Notes under the pieces: generated by a model
What the model was told of the DNA's origin: nothing
What the model saw: only the letters and a program-made list of their open reading frames with translations
Database searches by the model: none
Shown: positions 9,992 through 18,875 of the stretch, piece by piece
How positions within the stretch are numbered: the first letter of the stretch is position 1
Layout of the letters: each line of letters begins with the position of its first letter
Program-made: the position numbers and the translations under genes
Assembly (NCBI GenBank): GCA_964545975.1
Contig: CAZJHY010000001.1
Span: 24,094-88,093, forward strand
Origin: an uncultured Clostridia bacterium
GTDB lineage: Bacteria; Bacillota; DTU025; MWDF01
DNA: 64,000 bases
Direction: 5' to 3'

Positions 9992-10414
9992 TTACATTCG
10001 CAATATCCTATAGGCACCTTTATAAAGTGCTGAGAACTCCTCTTCAGTCAAATTCAGGCACTCTGCCATCTTGTCGGGAATGCCCTTGGCCTTGGCCTTC
10101 AAATCCTTGCCTTCCTTCGTAAGGTTGATTATGACGCTTCTCTCATCCCTGGGATCTCTCGCCCTGGTTATAAGCCTCTGCCCTTCAAGCGATTTAAGAA
10201 GGGGAGTGAGAGTCCCCGAGTCGAGGAAGAGCCTCTCTCCGATGTCCTTGAGCCCTATCCCGTCCTCCTCCCACAGCACAAGCATCACGATGTATTTTGT
10301 ATAAGTGAGTTGTAAAGGCTCAAGGAAGGGCCTGTATCTTTTTATTATCTCCCTGGAGCAAGCATATAGAGGGAAACACAACTGAGCGTCCAGCTTCAAT
10401 AGGTCCTTTTCCAT
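9992..10414 (-). CDS. MarR-family regulator, OhrR-like (N-terminal redox-sensing Cys)
   Basis: 'LDAQLCFPLYACSREI...', winged HTH 'LTYTKYIVMLVLWEEDGIGLKDIGERLFLDSGTLTPLLKSLEGQRLITR'. Co-directional with and immediately downstream of the peroxidase gene. Confidence 0.75.
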   Translation of the reverse strand: MEKDLLKLDAQLCFPLYACSREIIKRYRPFLEPLQLTYTKYIVMLVLWEEDGIGLKDIGERLFLDSGTLTPLLKSLEGQRLITRARDPRDERSVIINLTKEGKDLKAKAKGIPDKMAECLNLTEEEFSALYKGAYRILRM

Positions 10415-10437
10415 ACGCAGCCCTCCCTGTATGCTGC

Positions 10438-10971
10438 CTATAGCAGCTCCGCTATCTTACCGTCAAGGTCTTCGGGCTTTACCGTGGGTGAGAACCTTCC
10501 AACGACCTTGCCGTTTCTATCCACGAGGAATTTCGTGAAGTTCCATCGGATGTCGTCTCCCAGCACTGTCTGCTTGAGCTCCTCTAGCCGTTTTTTGAAC
10601 CTAGGCATATCCTCGTTCTCAAGTTCCGCCCTCGCCTCTTTCTTGAGGAAGGTTATCAATGGTTCGGCATTTTGCCCGTTAACATCTATCTTGGAGAAAG
10701 TCCTGAACTTGGTGCCGAAATTGAGCTGGCAGAACTCAACTATCTCGTCATTTGTCCCCGGAGCCTGGTTCAGGAATTGGTTGCTGGGGAAGTCGAGCAC
10801 CTCAAAGCCCCTGTCGCGGTATTTCTCATACAGGGCTTCAAGCCCCTTATATTGAGGTGTGAAGCCGCATTTGGTTGCGGTGTTAACTATTAGAAGAACT
10901 TTTCCCTTGTAATCGGACATGGACAAATCGTTGTACTTTGCGTCCTTGACCTTGAAATCATATATCGTCAT
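10438..10971 (-). CDS. Glutathione peroxidase family (thiol peroxidase, BsaA/Gpx-like)
   Basis: 'GKVLLIVNTATKCGFTPQYKGLEALYEKY', 'FPSNQF' motifs. Confidence 0.85.
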   Translation of the reverse strand: MTIYDFKVKDAKYNDLSMSDYKGKVLLIVNTATKCGFTPQYKGLEALYEKYRDRGFEVLDFPSNQFLNQAPGTNDEIVEFCQLNFGTKFRTFSKIDVNGQNAEPLITFLKKEARAELENEDMPRFKKRLEELKQTVLGDDIRWNFTKFLVDRNGKVVGRFSPTVKPEDLDGKIAELL

Positions 10972-10985
10972 GGGATAACCTCCTC

Positions 10986-10999
10986 GATGTTAACATGTT
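10986..10999. promoter_or_regulatory. Overlapping perfect palindromes ATGTTAACAT and TAACATGTTA in the peroxidase/OhrR promoter region
   Basis: Seen directly in the sequence. Lies 15-28 bp upstream of the gpx start codon (minus strand). Confidence 0.35.
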
Positions 11000-11009
11000 A
11001 GACGATTAA

Positions 11010-11024
11010 ATTGTATCAAATACA
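11010..11024. promoter_or_regulatory. Inverted repeat TTGTAT-caa-ATACAA, a candidate MarR/OhrR operator
   Basis: Perfect 6-bp arms in an AT-rich region, with 'AAATTGTAT' context reminiscent of OhrR boxes. The similarity to OhrR boxes is by eye only. Confidence 0.35.
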
Positions 11025-11065
11025 AACGGCATGTCAACATCATCCAAGGGGCTCTCCTTGATTTT

Positions 11066-11713
11066 CTACTTGTTCTGCCCGTAAGTCCTGCCGAGGGTGG
11101 AGACCAATGCCTTCACCTGTTCGTCAGTTAGTGAGGATGCCCTGCCTATTTGCGAGGCGTGTATATAGCACGAGCACATCTTCTCCAGAAGCTCGCACCT
11201 TTCAAGGGCCTTCTCAGGCGTGTCAGCGACGCAGACTGACCCGTGATTGGACATTATTGCTGCATTCTTGCTTCCTAGCGCCTTCGCGACGTTCTTTGCT
11301 AGGTCGTCGCTTCCAGACATAGCATAATCCGCTACCTCTACAGCGCCTCCGAAGCTGAAAGCGCATATATCAGTTATGACCGGAAGAGGCATCCTTGCTA
11401 CGCCAAGGGCTATCGCCATGGGTGAATGAACATGAACGACGGCTTTAACCTCAGGCCTGGCAATGTAGATCTCCCTGTGCAGCATGCTTTCTACCGAGGG
11501 CTTAAGCTTTGATGAGGAATACAGTGTCGCCAGATCCAGCTCTACTATCTGCTCAGGGGAAAGCGCCTCATAAGGTATGCCGCTGGGGGTTATCAGCATC
11601 CCGGTTCCTGATTCATTCCTGCAGCTGACATTCCCTCCGGTGCCTATAGTAAGCCCCATTTCCATCATCTTGATGCCGGTCTGGATAATTCTTCTGTTAA
11701 GCTGCTCGTTCAT
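11066..11713 (-). CDS. Class II aldolase/adducin-family protein (FucA/AraD/OtnC-like)
   Basis: 'GLTIGTGGNVSCR', 'HVHSPMAIALG', 'SNHGSVCVADT'. Transcribed divergently from the RLP operon. Confidence 0.8.
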   Translation of the reverse strand: MNEQLNRRIIQTGIKMMEMGLTIGTGGNVSCRNESGTGMLITPSGIPYEALSPEQIVELDLATLYSSSKLKPSVESMLHREIYIARPEVKAVVHVHSPMAIALGVARMPLPVITDICAFSFGGAVEVADYAMSGSDDLAKNVAKALGSKNAAIMSNHGSVCVADTPEKALERCELLEKMCSCYIHASQIGRASSLTDEQVKALVSTLGRTYGQNK

Positions 11714-11893
11714 CTTTCTCCTCCATCTGTGGCTGTTGTATTGCCAGTACGAAATTATACAGTCAATTGCATATTAATATAGCACAATAACCTAACCAGG
11801 TGCGAAGGAGCACGCTGTTTTTAATGTGAGTCAAATACATTGCAAAAGCACAGCATAAAAGCGGTATTGCTTGCATCAGCAGGACACTGCTTC

Positions 11894-11910
11894 CTGAATA
11901 CTGGATTCAG
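11894..11910. promoter_or_regulatory. Palindrome CTGAAT-actgg-ATTCAG flanked by direct repeats GCTTCCTGA, a candidate operator in the divergent intergenic region
   Basis: Seen directly: GCTTCCTGAATACTGGATTCAGCTTCCTGA. Confidence 0.35.
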
Positions 11911-12151
11911 CTTCCTGACGCTTGTCTAGGCAGTTTGATGTATATTTTCCTCCACATAAATGATATTCTATATTAAAGCGTTTCCGGATAGTTGTATATT
12001 ATTGGTACAATCTCCATTAGTATACAATCCAGAAAGGGGTGTTCGGCAGGCAGCTAACCACGGTAGTACCAAAATTACTAGCGACCAATCGCAAGTGGGA
12101 CAAGAAATCAATCTCCAGCGAGAAGTATAAGCAATTAGGGGAGGGAATCTT

Positions 12152-13162
12152 GTGAAGAGAACATTGTTAATCGCGGTTGTACTAGTCATGGCACTAACCA
12201 TCGTAACCGGCACTTTCGCAGCGACTACGCCTCTGTTGGTATCGGGCGGCGGTCTTAAGACGACCACTACCGTCAAGGCCAACTCGAAGTATCTCATCGC
12301 TTGCATCGTTAAGAACTCCACCAATCCTTACATGATCAAGCAGCTTGACGGCTTCAAAGCCGCCGGCGCATTCATGGGCTTCGACGCCGTCGCACTGGCT
12401 CCCGCCAAGGCCGACAACATCGAAGAGCAGGTCAAGATAATCGAAGACCTCATCCAGAAGGGCGTCAAGGGCCTCGTCATCCATCCTTCCGACTCCAACG
12501 GCATAGTCCCGATAGTCGAGAAGGCCATGTCGCTCGGCATCCCCGTGGTCGTAATAGGTACCCCGGCGAATACCGACAAGATATTCTTCCGCACCGGCAT
12601 GGACTATACCGACTCTGGCCGCAAGATCACCGAAGCTGCCATCCAGAAGATGGGCGGCAAGGGCAACGTCATAATACTTGAGGGCCCGCCCCAGGCGATC
12701 AACGCCAAGGAAAGGCTCAACGGCATGCTCGAAACTATAGCCAAGTACCCCGGCGTAAAGGTGCTTGACTCCCAGACCGCAAACTTCAACAGGCTCAACG
12801 CCCTCCAGGTCATGGAGAACCTCCTTCAGAAGCACAAGGACGTGCAGGGAGTCTTCGCGGCCAACGACGAGATGGCCCTCGGCGCGATCCAGGCTCTTGA
12901 AGCCGCCGGCAGGAAGAACGTGGTAGTCTCCGGCGTCGACGGAAGCAAGGACGCCTCGCAGGCGGTCCTCGAAGGCAGGCTCACAGTGACCTCGAATGCA
13001 GACCCCTATTCCAGCTCCTGGTGCGCCGCAGCATACATCGTGAAGTACTTGAACGACGGCACCATGCCGCCCTCCAAGTTCATCCCGTATCCCGCTGAAG
13101 TCGCCATCATCGACAAGAGCAACGTTCAGAACTACATCAACAACGACGCGTGGTGGAAGTAG
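12152..13162 (+). CDS. Sugar ABC transporter substrate-binding protein (PBP type 1, RbsB-like)
   Basis: Signal peptide 'MKRTLLIAVVLVMALTIVTGTFA'; ribose-binding-protein-like core. Confidence 0.8.
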   Translation: MKRTLLIAVVLVMALTIVTGTFAATTPLLVSGGGLKTTTTVKANSKYLIACIVKNSTNPYMIKQLDGFKAAGAFMGFDAVALAPAKADNIEEQVKIIEDLIQKGVKGLVIHPSDSNGIVPIVEKAMSLGIPVVVIGTPANTDKIFFRTGMDYTDSGRKITEAAIQKMGGKGNVIILEGPPQAINAKERLNGMLETIAKYPGVKVLDSQTANFNRLNALQVMENLLQKHKDVQGVFAANDEMALGAIQALEAAGRKNVVVSGVDGSKDASQAVLEGRLTVTSNADPYSSSWCAAAYIVKYLNDGTMPPSKFIPYPAEVAIIDKSNVQNYINNDAWWK

Positions 13163-13180
13163 TCTCATAGAAGTCCTGCT

Positions 13181-13210
13181 ATGGAGCCCTGTCGCAAGAC
13201 GGGGCTCCAT
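13181..13210 (+). promoter_or_regulatory. GC-rich intercistronic hairpin after the substrate-binding-protein gene
   Basis: ATGGAGCCC-12 nt-GGGCTCCAT, a perfect 9-bp stem. The ORF-track start ATG 13181 lies inside this stem. Confidence 0.45.
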
Positions 13211-13231
13211 GCACCCAAGGGGGCGTTATTT

Positions 13232-14752
13232 TTGGAGATAGTACCTATCCTCGAAGCGAGGAACATCAGCAAGGAGTTCCCGGGCGTAAAGGCGTTGGAT
13301 GAAGTATCCATACAGGTAAGGCCCGGCGAGGTCCATGTACTGATAGGAGAGAACGGGGCCGGAAAGAGCACGCTGTCCAAGATACTCATGGGAGTGTATA
13401 CCAGCGACAAGGGCGAGATCCTGTTCGATGGTAAGCCCGCCCACATTAGGAACCCTCATGACGCAAGGGCATTAGGCATATGCGGTGTCCATCAGGAGTT
13501 CATGCTTGTACCCTGGATGAACGTCGCACAGAACATCTTCATCAACAGAGAGCCCAGGATTTGGCCGGGGCTTCCCTTCATAGACCACAAGAAGATGCAC
13601 GAGGACAGCAGGAAGCTGCTTTCCTCCTTCAACGTGAACATCAACACCAAGCAGCCGGTGAAATACCTGGACACCGCGCTCCAGCAGATGGTGGAGATAG
13701 TAAAGGCGCTATCTACGAACCCCAAGGTCCTGATACTTGACGAACCGACTGCAGTCCTCACGGACAGGGAGGTCAACAGCCTCTTCGCCCATATAGAGGA
13801 GCTGAGAAGCCGAGGGGTTGCGATCATATACATATCGCACAGGCTTCCTGAGATCAGAAGGATAGGCGACAGGGTCACGGTCCTAAGAGACGGGAAGTAT
13901 GTAGCAACGGTTGACATCAAGGACACCCCCGACGAGGAGCTCATCAAGATGATGGTGGGCAGGAGCGTTTCGCAGCTTTATACCAGAAACCGCCAGGTTC
14001 CCGGGAAAGAGGCCCTGAGGCTTGAGAATTTCAGCGTGAAGGGCGGACCGCAGAATGTCGACCTGGTGCTGCACTACGGAGAGATCATTGGGCTTGCGGG
14101 CCTGATTGGTTCAGGGCGCACCGAGCTTGTCAGGGGCATCATGGGAATTGACCAGCAGACAGGCGGTTCCCTTTACATCGATGGCAACAAAGTCACGGTC
14201 GGAAGCCCTGACAAGGCGATAGGACTGGGGCTGGGGCTTCTGCCTGAGGACCGCAAGAGGTATGGCCTCGCCCTTAAGACGAACATCGCCTGGAATACCA
14301 TAATGGCGAGCCTCAAGCGGGAGTTCCCCAAGGGAGTAGTAAGGGAGCGCAAGGTGCGCGACATCGCCCAGGGCTATGTTAAGCAGCTGAAAATCGCCAC
14401 AGACTCGGTATCTAAGGTGGTGGGCTTCCTAAGCGGAGGCAACCAGCAGAAGGTTGTCGTCGCCAAGTGGATCAACACCAAGGCCAAGATCCTCATCTTC
14501 GACGAACCTACAAGGGGCATCGACGTGGGGGCCAAGGCAGAGGTGCACGCCCTCATGGACAAACTGGTGGCCGAAGGAAACGCGATCATAATGATTTCCT
14601 CCGACCTGCCGGAAGTCCTCGGGATGAGCGACCGCGTCTACACGATATTCCAGTGCCGTTCCATGGGGGACTGCTGCTTCCAGGAGGCGAACCAGCAGAG
14701 AATCGGCTCCCTTATGCTGGGAGTGGGGGTGAAGACAGATGCAAACCAGTAA
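13232..14752 (+). CDS. Sugar ABC transporter ATP-binding protein with duplicated ATPase domains (RbsA/MglA/XylG family)
   Basis: 'LEARNISKEFPGVKALDEVS', Walker A 'GENGAGKST'; second cassette 'LSGGNQQKVVVAKW'. TTG 13232 with a GGGGG RBS is preferred over ATG 13181, which sits in the hairpin. Confidence 0.8.
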   Translation: MEIVPILEARNISKEFPGVKALDEVSIQVRPGEVHVLIGENGAGKSTLSKILMGVYTSDKGEILFDGKPAHIRNPHDARALGICGVHQEFMLVPWMNVAQNIFINREPRIWPGLPFIDHKKMHEDSRKLLSSFNVNINTKQPVKYLDTALQQMVEIVKALSTNPKVLILDEPTAVLTDREVNSLFAHIEELRSRGVAIIYISHRLPEIRRIGDRVTVLRDGKYVATVDIKDTPDEELIKMMVGRSVSQLYTRNRQVPGKEALRLENFSVKGGPQNVDLVLHYGEIIGLAGLIGSGRTELVRGIMGIDQQTGGSLYIDGNKVTVGSPDKAIGLGLGLLPEDRKRYGLALKTNIAWNTIMASLKREFPKGVVRERKVRDIAQGYVKQLKIATDSVSKVVGFLSGGNQQKVVVAKWINTKAKILIFDEPTRGIDVGAKAEVHALMDKLVAEGNAIIMISSDLPEVLGMSDRVYTIFQCRSMGDCCFQEANQQRIGSLMLGVGVKTDANQ

Positions 14753-15704
14753 GCTCATGGGCTTTTTGAGGAAGGTCCCGCCGGCGACATACATCATACT
14801 GCTCATGATAGCCATATACGGCATCGCCGCGCCCGGCTTCTTCACCCTTGGAAACCTCGAGAACGTCGGAAACCAGGCGGCCCCCCTTCTCATCGTCGCC
14901 ATAGGTGTGACCATGGTCATCATGACGGAGGGTACAGACCTTTCGATCGGTTATGTGATGGGCATGGTCGGAGTCGTTGTATCGATTATGCTTAGGGCGA
15001 AAATCTGGATAGGCTGGGCGTTCCTTGCCGGCATCGCGGTAGGGGTGTTCTGCGGCTTCATAAACGGCGTCGCAGTCGCAAAGCTCAAGCTTCCTCCGTT
15101 CATTGCTACGCTTGGTACCGGAAACGTCATATTCGGAATAGGCCTCGTCATAACCGAAGGATACTCCATACAGGCACTTGATCCTGCGCTGCTTTTTCTG
15201 GCAAGCGGCAAGGTGTTCGGAATAAGCATGCCGATACTGATTGCCACGGTGGTCTTCGGGTTATGCTGGGTACTCATGAACTACACGCCGTTCGGGCGCA
15301 ACATAGTCTCTCTCGGAGGCAACTCCGAGGCGCTTAGAGGCGTTGGCCTTAACGTCGGGAAAGCCTCCATATCGGTATACATGATGTGTGGCTTCCTTGC
15401 GGCAATAGGAGGCCTCATAGTGGCGTCAAGGACAGGCTCAGGCTATTCGGCGGCTGCCATGGGATGGGAGTTCGACGCCATCGGAGCCAGTATAATCGGC
15501 GGTACATCCTTCGAGGAGGGCAATGGATCCATAAGCAGGACCGTAATTGGTGTCGCGCTCATATCGATACTCAGAAACGGCCTTAATGTCGTGGGCGTGC
15601 CGAACATGTACCAGTACGCGCTCATCGGCGCCATAGTGCTGACGGCCATAATCCTGGACGTTCGCTTCAGGCAGGCCGCGAAGGGAGGCGTCAAGAGAGT
15701 ATGA
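14739..15704 (+). CDS. Sugar ABC transporter permease (RbsC/branched monosaccharide family)
   Basis: Polytopic; 'GGTSFEEGNGSISRTVIG' conserved permease region. Confidence 0.8.
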   Translation: MQTSKLMGFLRKVPPATYIILLMIAIYGIAAPGFFTLGNLENVGNQAAPLLIVAIGVTMVIMTEGTDLSIGYVMGMVGVVVSIMLRAKIWIGWAFLAGIAVGVFCGFINGVAVAKLKLPPFIATLGTGNVIFGIGLVITEGYSIQALDPALLFLASGKVFGISMPILIATVVFGLCWVLMNYTPFGRNIVSLGGNSEALRGVGLNVGKASISVYMMCGFLAAIGGLIVASRTGSGYSAAAMGWEFDAIGASIIGGTSFEEGNGSISRTVIGVALISILRNGLNVVGVPNMYQYALIGAIVLTAIILDVRFRQAAKGGVKRV

Positions 15705-16696
15705 ACGAAGGTTCAAGGATGAAGGACACCCCCAAGGCGGTCGCAATCGTAAACGACAGGCTCAAGGCAAGGGAGGCCATAGCTCCCCTCTTCAGGCTCA
15801 CGTTCCTGATAGTCCTCATGATCGCACTTTCCATACTCAGCGAGGACTTCTTCACATGGAGCAACCTAATTAACGTTCTCAGGCAGTCGACTTTCCTGAT
15901 AGTAATCGGCCTCGGGCTCACAGGGGTGCTGCTTACCGGAGGCATCGACCTGTCCGTAGGCGGTGTGCTCGCATTCGTGGGCTGCGCGACTGGACAGATG
16001 ATGAGATCCGGCGTTCCGCTTTATCTTGCAGTGCCAATCGGTCTTCTAATCGGAGCGGGAGTCGGATGCTTCAACGGTTTCATGGTGGGGTACATCAAGC
16101 TTCCTCCGTTTGTGGCCACTTACGGTTCCAAGTGGATATCCGAGGGCATGGCGCTGCTTCTTATGCAGGGGCAGGTCATCTACGGCTTCCCGAGGGTGTA
16201 CCGCTGGATCGGCATCGGCTACATAGGACCCATACCAGTGCCCATCATAATTGCTGCCATCCTTGCGGTAATAATGAACTTCCTGTTCGTGAAGACCGTA
16301 TTCGGCAGGCAGGTATATGCACTGGGCGCCAACAAGGAAGCAGCATTCTACTCGGGCATCAAAGTCAAGAAGAACATCATGGTGGTATACACCCTTGCTG
16401 GCCTCATGGCGGGCATTGCCGGCCTTCTGATGCTTGCAAGGCTTGACGCCGCCGAGGTGAACATGGGAGAGGCCCTGCAGCTGCAGTCCCTCGCCGCGGT
16501 CATCATCGGGGGTGCATCCCTTCGCGGAGGCGAGGGCAGCATATTCGGCACGATAATTGGCGCCATAACCCTTACGCTGGTCGTAAACGGGCTTAACCTG
16601 CTTGGCGTGCGCTCTTTGTGGCACTCAGTGGTGCTCGGCGGCGTCATCCTGGCATCCGTGATAATGGACCTGCGCATGAAGAAGCTGGCGCAATAA
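15701..16696 (+). CDS. Sugar ABC transporter permease, second subunit
   Basis: Paralogue of the previous permease ('GGASLRGGEGSIFGTIIG'); ATGA start/stop overlap. Confidence 0.8.
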   Translation: MNEGSRMKDTPKAVAIVNDRLKAREAIAPLFRLTFLIVLMIALSILSEDFFTWSNLINVLRQSTFLIVIGLGLTGVLLTGGIDLSVGGVLAFVGCATGQMMRSGVPLYLAVPIGLLIGAGVGCFNGFMVGYIKLPPFVATYGSKWISEGMALLLMQGQVIYGFPRVYRWIGIGYIGPIPVPIIIAAILAVIMNFLFVKTVFGRQVYALGANKEAAFYSGIKVKKNIMVVYTLAGLMAGIAGLLMLARLDAAEVNMGEALQLQSLAAVIIGGASLRGGEGSIFGTIIGAITLTLVVNGLNLLGVRSLWHSVVLGGVILASVIMDLRMKKLAQ

Positions 16697-16727
16697 GGAT
16701 TAGCAGAAAGAAAAAGGAGGAACACCA

Positions 16728-17537
16728 ATGGCCAACCTTACGATCAGACCCATAAACACCGGTTACGCGGAAACCTACAAGAAGCAGTACCAGTACCATC
16801 ATTCTACCCACAAGTACCACAACGTCGACGACGGAAAGCTTCTTCTGCCCTGCATGGCATTCCTTATCGAGGGCGGAGACAAGCTCGTGCTGGTAGACAC
16901 CGGCATGTCCAACACCGAGATAGCCAACAAGTATCATCATCCGGGTTCGTACCAGCCTGACGGCTTTGCGATACATGAGCAGCTGGCGAAGCTGGGCATC
17001 AAGTGCGAGGACATCGACATTGTCATCTTCACGCACATGCACTGGGACCACATGCACAACATGGAGAAGTTCGTAAACGCCAGGTTCATCGCCCACAAGA
17101 AGGAATGGGAGTTCTGCCAGAACCCCATCCCGCTGTACTACAAATCATACGAGCATCCCAAGCTCGGCATAAAGGCTCCCTTCACTGGCCTTAAGATCGA
17201 GACCGTAGAGGGCGAGCAGGAGATAGTCCCCGGCATAAGGGTGTTCGAGAGCTTCGGGCATTCGCCGGGCCACATGTCCGTGGAAGTCGACTGCGAGGAC
17301 GGATCCTACATCCTCTGCGGCGATGCGGTATTCATCTACGACAACCTTAAGCCCGTGCCGGACATGTTCTATGAGATTACTCCCCCGGCCAGGTATGCCA
17401 ACATCGTCGAGTGCTGGAACAGCATAGTCGAGATGAAGCATAGGGCCAAGGAGCAGCGCTTCATACTGCCCTCCCATGAGCCTGAGATAGAGGAGCTCGC
17501 GAAGAAGTACGGAACTTTCCCGATACCCAAGAAGTAA
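16728..17537 (+). CDS. MBL-fold metallohydrolase, lactonase-like
   Basis: 'IVIFTHMHWDHMHN' (HxHxDH) and 'FGHSPGH'. Strong AAGGAGG RBS. Confidence 0.75.
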   Translation: MANLTIRPINTGYAETYKKQYQYHHSTHKYHNVDDGKLLLPCMAFLIEGGDKLVLVDTGMSNTEIANKYHHPGSYQPDGFAIHEQLAKLGIKCEDIDIVIFTHMHWDHMHNMEKFVNARFIAHKKEWEFCQNPIPLYYKSYEHPKLGIKAPFTGLKIETVEGEQEIVPGIRVFESFGHSPGHMSVEVDCEDGSYILCGDAVFIYDNLKPVPDMFYEITPPARYANIVECWNSIVEMKHRAKEQRFILPSHEPEIEELAKKYGTFPIPKK

Positions 17538-17619
17538 CATCACACCGATTGGGGGTGCGGCCGGGAGGCAGGTCCAAGGGGGCGCGGGCCTCCGAAGACA
17601 GCCAACCCGGCCTTGTCAT

Positions 17620-18843
17620 ATGAAGACTATCGCAGTGATAACCTCGCTGGACACGAAGGGGAAAGAGACCCTCTATATAAAGGATGCGATCGAGAGGTTC
17701 GGCTCGAAGGCTCTCATCATAGACGTAGGGGTCAAGGAGCCGCCATATTTCACGCCTGATATCGCAAGGCACGAGGTGGCCGCCGCCGCCGGCATCGACT
17801 GGGATACGGTGAAGGACAAGGAGAAAAGGGTGAGGATAAGCACCATGACCTCAGGCCTTGAGGTGCTTATACCCAAGCTATATGCCGAGGGGAAGCTTTC
17901 GGCCGTGTTCTCGATGGGAGGCCTTCAGAACACAACGATGGGAACATCGGCGATGAAGACCCTGCCGCTCGGGGTGCCTAAGCTCATGCTTTCCACGATG
18001 GCGTCCAGCAACAGGCCTTTCGGTCCGTTCGTGGGAACCAAGGACATGACCCTCATGCACTCGGTGGGCGACATCCTAGGGGTAAACCCCGTCACCAAGG
18101 CCGTGATGGATAACGCCGTCGGAGCCATCGTGGGGATGGCGGAGCACGCCGGAAACAGGGTGCAGAAAACTGACAGGATCCTTGTGGGTGCCACTATGCT
18201 CGGCGTAACGAACGACGGAGTGAGCCGCGCGGTATCCTACCTCGAGGAGGCAGGCTACGACGTGGTCACCTTCCATGCGAACGGTGCGGGAGGACCGGCC
18301 ATGGAGGAGCTCATAGGACAGGACACGATAGACGCCGCGATGGATCTTACGCTGCATGAGATAGACGCTGAATTCTTCGGGGGGCACTGTTCGGGGGCGA
18401 CCAACAGGCTCCTTATGGCCGCCGAGAAGGGGATACCCCAGGTTGTTTCGCTTGGTGCCTCCGACGTCATAGACTATGAGGTCGTGGACCTCGACAAGGT
18501 AAGGGAGTATGGAAGGCGCAAGTTCGTCTATCAGCACCCCACCATCCAGCACATAAAGCTCATAGAGGAAGAGGCGCACAAGGTCGGGACGGTAATCGGG
18601 GAGAGGCTCTCAAAGGCCAAGGGTCCCCTAACCCTCGTCATACCTAGGGGAGGCTTCCACCAGAGCAGCTACAAAGGCGGTCCCATATGGGATCCTGCCA
18701 TCGACGAGATAATCATAGGACACATACTAAGCAGGATTGCGCCTTCCACAAGGGTGGTAGAGACCGCAGCCCATATCAACGAGCCCGCCTTCAGCAGGGT
18801 GGCGGCCGATGAGATGATTAAGCTTCTGAAGGCCATGCGCTAA
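17620..18843 (+). CDS. UPF0261 (Tm-1-like N-terminal domain) family protein of unknown function
   Basis: 'MKTIAVITSLDTKGKE', 'GGLQNTTMGTSAMKTLPLGVPKLMLSTMASSN', 'MTLMHSVGDILGVN', matching the UPF0261 pattern from memory. Confidence 0.65.
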   Translation: MKTIAVITSLDTKGKETLYIKDAIERFGSKALIIDVGVKEPPYFTPDIARHEVAAAAGIDWDTVKDKEKRVRISTMTSGLEVLIPKLYAEGKLSAVFSMGGLQNTTMGTSAMKTLPLGVPKLMLSTMASSNRPFGPFVGTKDMTLMHSVGDILGVNPVTKAVMDNAVGAIVGMAEHAGNRVQKTDRILVGATMLGVTNDGVSRAVSYLEEAGYDVVTFHANGAGGPAMEELIGQDTIDAAMDLTLHEIDAEFFGGHCSGATNRLLMAAEKGIPQVVSLGASDVIDYEVVDLDKVREYGRRKFVYQHPTIQHIKLIEEEAHKVGTVIGERLSKAKGPLTLVIPRGGFHQSSYKGGPIWDPAIDEIIIGHILSRIAPSTRVVETAAHINEPAFSRVAADEMIKLLKAMR

Positions 18844-18875
18844 GCAGGGCCAGAAGCCTCACAAGGAGGATTCCG

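Noticed and set aside
12194-13210. 338-aa minus-strand ORF entirely antisense to the sugar binding-protein gene
   Set aside because: No recognisable domains, low-complexity Arg/Gly/Asp-rich translation typical of antisense frames in GC-rich DNA. The sense-strand gene has clear PBP homology.
16046-16624. 192-aa minus ORF and 126-aa plus ORF inside the second sugar permease
   Set aside because: Overlapping alternative frames of a clear permease gene.
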